A stretch of DNA of 64,000 nt from Oscillospiraceae bacterium (GTDB taxonomy: Bacteria; Bacillota; Clostridia; Oscillospirales; CAG-272): contig SVUG01000005.1 of NCBI GenBank assembly GCA_015063385.1, forward strand, positions 5,043-69,042, read 5' to 3'. Positions 61,270 to 64,000 of the stretch are shown piece after piece; position 1 is the first letter of the stretch; the number at the start of each line of letters is the position of its first letter. The notes under the pieces were generated by a model that was given only the letters and a program-made list of their open reading frames with translations, ran no database searches and was not told the origin of the DNA. Both the position numbers and the translations under genes were made by a program.

Positions 61270-62208
61270 ATGAAACAGATTATACAAAAAATTTTAACTG
61301 TGTTTGGCATAATCATTGCCGTGCTTGTTATTTTTTTGCTAGCACTGAACGTTGCAAAATTCGCAATATATTCAGAATATTATTCCATTGAAAAGCGAGT
61401 CTGCACGAATCCCGGACTTTTCGACGGATTTGTTTGTCAGGGGATTGCCGTTTCGGAAGAAAATGAAGCAATTTTAGTTTCCGGATATATGAATGACGGC
61501 AGCAACAGTCGAATTTACGTCACCGATTTTCAAAGTAATTCCTATTACGTTGAGCTTACAAGGCTGGGCGAGGACTACAAGGGTCACGCAGGCGGAATTG
61601 CAATTTATGACGATATCGTTTATATTTCAAATGCAGGCAAGCTTCTGCTGCTCTCACTCTCTGACGTTCTTGACGCAAAGAACGGCGACACCGTTAATAT
61701 CAGTAGCGAAATTAAGGTAAATTCTGCTGCATCGTTTGTATTTGCCAACGACGAGTTTGTTTTCGTCGGGGAATTCAATGACCCCAATGCCAAGCAAAAG
61801 CAGCACGTATATGACACGCCGACCGGCACCAATCACGCCATAATTGAGGTTTACAGACATACAGACCTTGATAATCCCGTGAAAATATATTCAATTAGCG
61901 ACTATGTGCAGGGTGTGTGCTTCACTCCTAGCGGCAAAATCGTTCTTTCCACCTCTCACGGTGCGACGAGCTCAGTTTTTTACATATATGATGAACACGA
62001 AGCATTTGATTCAGGTAATACTCTTGACGGAGCACCCATTTATTATCTCGGGCAATGTCAGAGAAAAGTATTAGGACCTGCAATGAGCGAGGATTTGGAT
62101 TGGTTTAACGGCAGAGTCGTGACGCTTTTCGAAAGCGCATCGGACAAATATATTTTCGGCAGATTTTTCTTCGCTTTTGATATAGTAGGTCTTGATTTGG
62201 AGAATTAA
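61270..62208 (+). CDS. hypothetical membrane-anchored protein with an extracytoplasmic beta-rich domain
   Basis: 312 aa. GGAGAA RBS. N-terminal TM (ILTVFGIIIAVLVIFLLAL). No family recognised. Its stop lies 2 nt before the pflA ATG. Confidence 0.75.
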   Translation: MKQIIQKILTVFGIIIAVLVIFLLALNVAKFAIYSEYYSIEKRVCTNPGLFDGFVCQGIAVSEENEAILVSGYMNDGSNSRIYVTDFQSNSYYVELTRLGEDYKGHAGGIAIYDDIVYISNAGKLLLLSLSDVLDAKNGDTVNISSEIKVNSAASFVFANDEFVFVGEFNDPNAKQKQHVYDTPTGTNHAIIEVYRHTDLDNPVKIYSISDYVQGVCFTPSGKIVLSTSHGATSSVFYIYDEHEAFDSGNTLDGAPIYYLGQCQRKVLGPAMSEDLDWFNGRVVTLFESASDKYIFGRFFFAFDIVGLDLEN

Positions 62209-62210
62209 TT

Positions 62211-62969
62211 ATGAAGGGATATATACATTCAAGCGAATCGTTCGGAACTCTTGACGGCCCCGGCATCAGATACGTGCTGTTCATGCAGGGCTGTCCCATG
62301 CGCTGCCTTTACTGCCACAACCCTGACACCTGGCAGACCGATACGGGTACCGAAATTGAGGCGCAGGACGTAATTAAGCAATTTAATAAGAACCGCAGCT
62401 TTTATTCTAACGGTGGTATCACCGTAAGCGGAGGCGAGCCTCTTTTGCAGATAGATTTTTTGACCGAGCTCTTTGAGCTGGCAAAAAAAGACGGAATACA
62501 CACCGCTATTGATACCTCGGGTATAACCTTTTCTGGCGCGGATAATGCGTACCGCAAGAAGCTTGACAAGCTTATGGAATATACCGACCTGGTTATGCTT
62601 GATATAAAGCATATTGACACCGAAAAGCACCGTGCCCTGACCGCGCACGGCAACTCGAATATTCTCGCGTTTGCAAAATATCTTGAAGAAAAAGGTATTC
62701 CTCTTTGGGTGCGCCACGTGCTCGTCGAGGGATACACGGATAATGACGCAGACCTTTTTGCTTTAGGAAAATTTATCGGCGGACTTAAAAACCTGAAGGC
62801 ACTTGACGTGCTTCCCTATCACACTATGGGGGCCGCAAAATACAAAGAGCTTGGTATTCCTTACGCCCTGGAGGGTGTGAAGCCTACGAGCAACGAACAA
62901 GCAAGACTCGCCAGAGAAATCATTCTTTCTGGCATTCGCGCAGTAAGACAAAAAAAGACTGAATCTTGA
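62211..62969 (+). CDS. pflA: pyruvate formate-lyase activating enzyme (radical SAM)
   Basis: 252 aa. Motifs GPGIRYVLFMQGCPMRCLYCHNPDTW (CxxxCxxC) and GGITVSGGEPL. Confidence 0.9.
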   Translation: MKGYIHSSESFGTLDGPGIRYVLFMQGCPMRCLYCHNPDTWQTDTGTEIEAQDVIKQFNKNRSFYSNGGITVSGGEPLLQIDFLTELFELAKKDGIHTAIDTSGITFSGADNAYRKKLDKLMEYTDLVMLDIKHIDTEKHRALTAHGNSNILAFAKYLEEKGIPLWVRHVLVEGYTDNDADLFALGKFIGGLKNLKALDVLPYHTMGAAKYKELGIPYALEGVKPTSNEQARLAREIILSGIRAVRQKKTES

Positions 62970-62985
62970 CGATTCAGTCTTTTTT
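62951..62985. terminator. bidirectional terminator containing both convergent stop codons
   Basis: AAAAAAGACTGAATC-TTGAC-GATTCAGTCTTTTTT. The pflA TGA (62967..62969) sits in the loop. The NUDIX stop (62974..62976) lies in the 3' arm. Confidence 0.75.
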
Positions 62986-63477
62986 ATTTGCAAATATTTT
63001 ATTCTTGTAAATGAGGTATCTTCGAAGCGTGCCGCGAGTTAACTCCTCCTTCATTCCGTTAAGCTCGGACTCACTCACGAGCCTATATCCAATCACCTCG
63101 GTTGGCTGAAGAGTGATAGACGGCAACTCATTAATCTCCACGAGATAGGAAACGGCATAAACGTTTCCGTTTGTCATTCTGCCTATTTCCAAAAGCTCAT
63201 TAGACTCCACCAAAATACCGACTTCCTCCGACAGCTCACGCAGTGCACCTGTTAACACGTCCTCGCCTGATACAACCGCACCTCCCGGAACGTCGTATTT
63301 AAGCCCCTCGCTCTTATCGGGGTGACGCTGCGTAATAAGCAGCCTATCGCCTATTCTCACCCAAACCTCAACACAAGGATGATACATTCCCTCGGGTATA
63401 TTTTTGTGATTTTTTCGCTCCCATGTTATACCCAGAAGCTCTCCGTTTTCATTAACAATGTCCCAAATTTCAGTCAT
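62974..63477 (-). CDS. NUDIX hydrolase
   Basis: 167 aa. Nudix box GGAVVSGEDVLTGALRELSEEVGI. Confidence 0.85.
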   Translation of the reverse strand: MTEIWDIVNENGELLGITWERKNHKNIPEGMYHPCVEVWVRIGDRLLITQRHPDKSEGLKYDVPGGAVVSGEDVLTGALRELSEEVGILVESNELLEIGRMTNGNVYAVSYLVEINELPSITLQPTEVIGYRLVSESELNGMKEELTRGTLRRYLIYKNKIFANKKD

Positions 63478-63508
63478 TTTTCACCTATTTGACAAGTAAT
63501 ATTTACAT

Positions 63509-64000
63509 TTATTCATTTTTAAGATGCACGTCAAGCCGATTGTATGGAATTGTAATTCCACTTTCGTCAAACTTTTGCTTTACACTTTCCATCACGTCAA
63601 AATGCGTGTTCCAATAGTCAGCGCCATTAACCCATACTCTTGCAGCAATTCTAACTCCGCTTTCGCCGTGCTCTGCAACTCTGACCATCGGGGCGGGCTC
63701 GGAAAGCGCTGACGGATGAGATGTGAGTATATTCAACACGACGGATTTTGCCTCTTCAAAATCGTCATTGTAGGAAATCATAAAATTAAAATCAACCCTT
63801 CTTATATCCTTTTCGGAATAGTTGATTATATTTCCATTAGATAACGCGCCGTTGGGAAGATAAACCACCTTGTTATCAGGAGTTCTCAACTTGGTACACA
63901 CCATGTGAATATCCTCAACCGTGCCCGATTCCCCCTGTGCCTCTATATAATCATCAATTTTGAACGGCCTTGTGACAAGAATCAGCACTCCGCCGGCAAG
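63509..64000 (-). CDS. mechanosensitive ion channel (MscS family), 5' end beyond window
   Basis: LILVTRPFKIDDYIEAQGESGTVEDIHMVCTKLRTPDNKVVYLPNGALSNGNIINYS is the conserved MscS beta-domain. The frame stays open to position 64000. Confidence 0.85.
   Translation of the reverse strand, partial: LAGGVLILVTRPFKIDDYIEAQGESGTVEDIHMVCTKLRTPDNKVVYLPNGALSNGNIINYSEKDIRRVDFNFMISYNDDFEEAKSVVLNILTSHPSALSEPAPMVRVAEHGESGVRIAARVWVNGADYWNTHFDVMESVKQKFDESGITIPYNRLDVHLKNE

Noticed and set aside
1-64000. The whole window, or the 25-45 kb block, as a prophage, ICE, genomic island or defence island.
   Set aside because: I recognised no integrase, transposase, recombinase, phage structural gene, tRNA target, restriction or Cas-like gene, or long terminal repeats. 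The only rearrangement signatures are the gltD-like stub and the 518-bp duplication.

Overview
All calls are made by eye from motifs and hand alignment; no searches were run. The window is a 64-kb chromosomal segment that looks like a saccharolytic, strictly anaerobic Firmicutes/Clostridia-type gut bacterium. That taxon is inferred from GGAGG-type RBSs, lipoprotein-anchored glycoside hydrolases and a glycyl-radical PFL. I call 43 CDS and 3 gene fragments. I saw no rRNA, tRNA, CRISPR, transposase or integrase. Genes run on the minus strand from 1 to about 56.1 kb and mostly on the plus strand from 56.2 to 63 kb.

Blocks:
1. 0.4-2.1 kb: a four-helix-bundle (23S-IVS-type) gene bracketed by heptamer-built inverted repeats, then a dual-HTH LuxR-type regulator.
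2. 2.4-24.5 kb: one roughly 22-kb fructan-utilisation operon. It holds three GH32 enzymes, two large non-catalytic multi-module lipoproteins, an ABC importer, a LacI regulator and a fructokinase. It sits behind a promoter flanked by twin palindromes.
3. 24.8-25.3 kb: an orphan promoter plus the 5' stub of a GltD-like gene.
4. 25.5-44.9 kb: the most unusual region. It is an AraC-centred locus built from a shuffled paralog family of giant surface proteins (2180, 693 and 880 aa, plus a 437-aa cytoplasmic paralog). These combine a repeat-helical toroid-like domain, LamG-like modules and a CE4-like insert. The locus also encodes GH2, a DUF4091/GH123-like protein and an MFS transporter. Two of its promoters share one architecture, and it carries a perfect 518-bp tandem duplication over the control region.
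5. 45.1-47.4 kb: an amino-acid ABC transporter.
6. 47.5-54.0 kb: M20 peptidase, GPH transporter, manA, a ROK-like kinase and nagA.
7. 54.3-56.1 kb: an esterase and a DUF1295 protein.
8. malQ.
9. 58.5-63.0 kb: a pyruvate formate-lyase locus. pflB is split into a 702-aa body and a separately translated 80-aa glycyl-radical domain. pflA is co-operonic with an unknown membrane-anchored protein.
10. A NUDIX hydrolase and a partial MscS gene.
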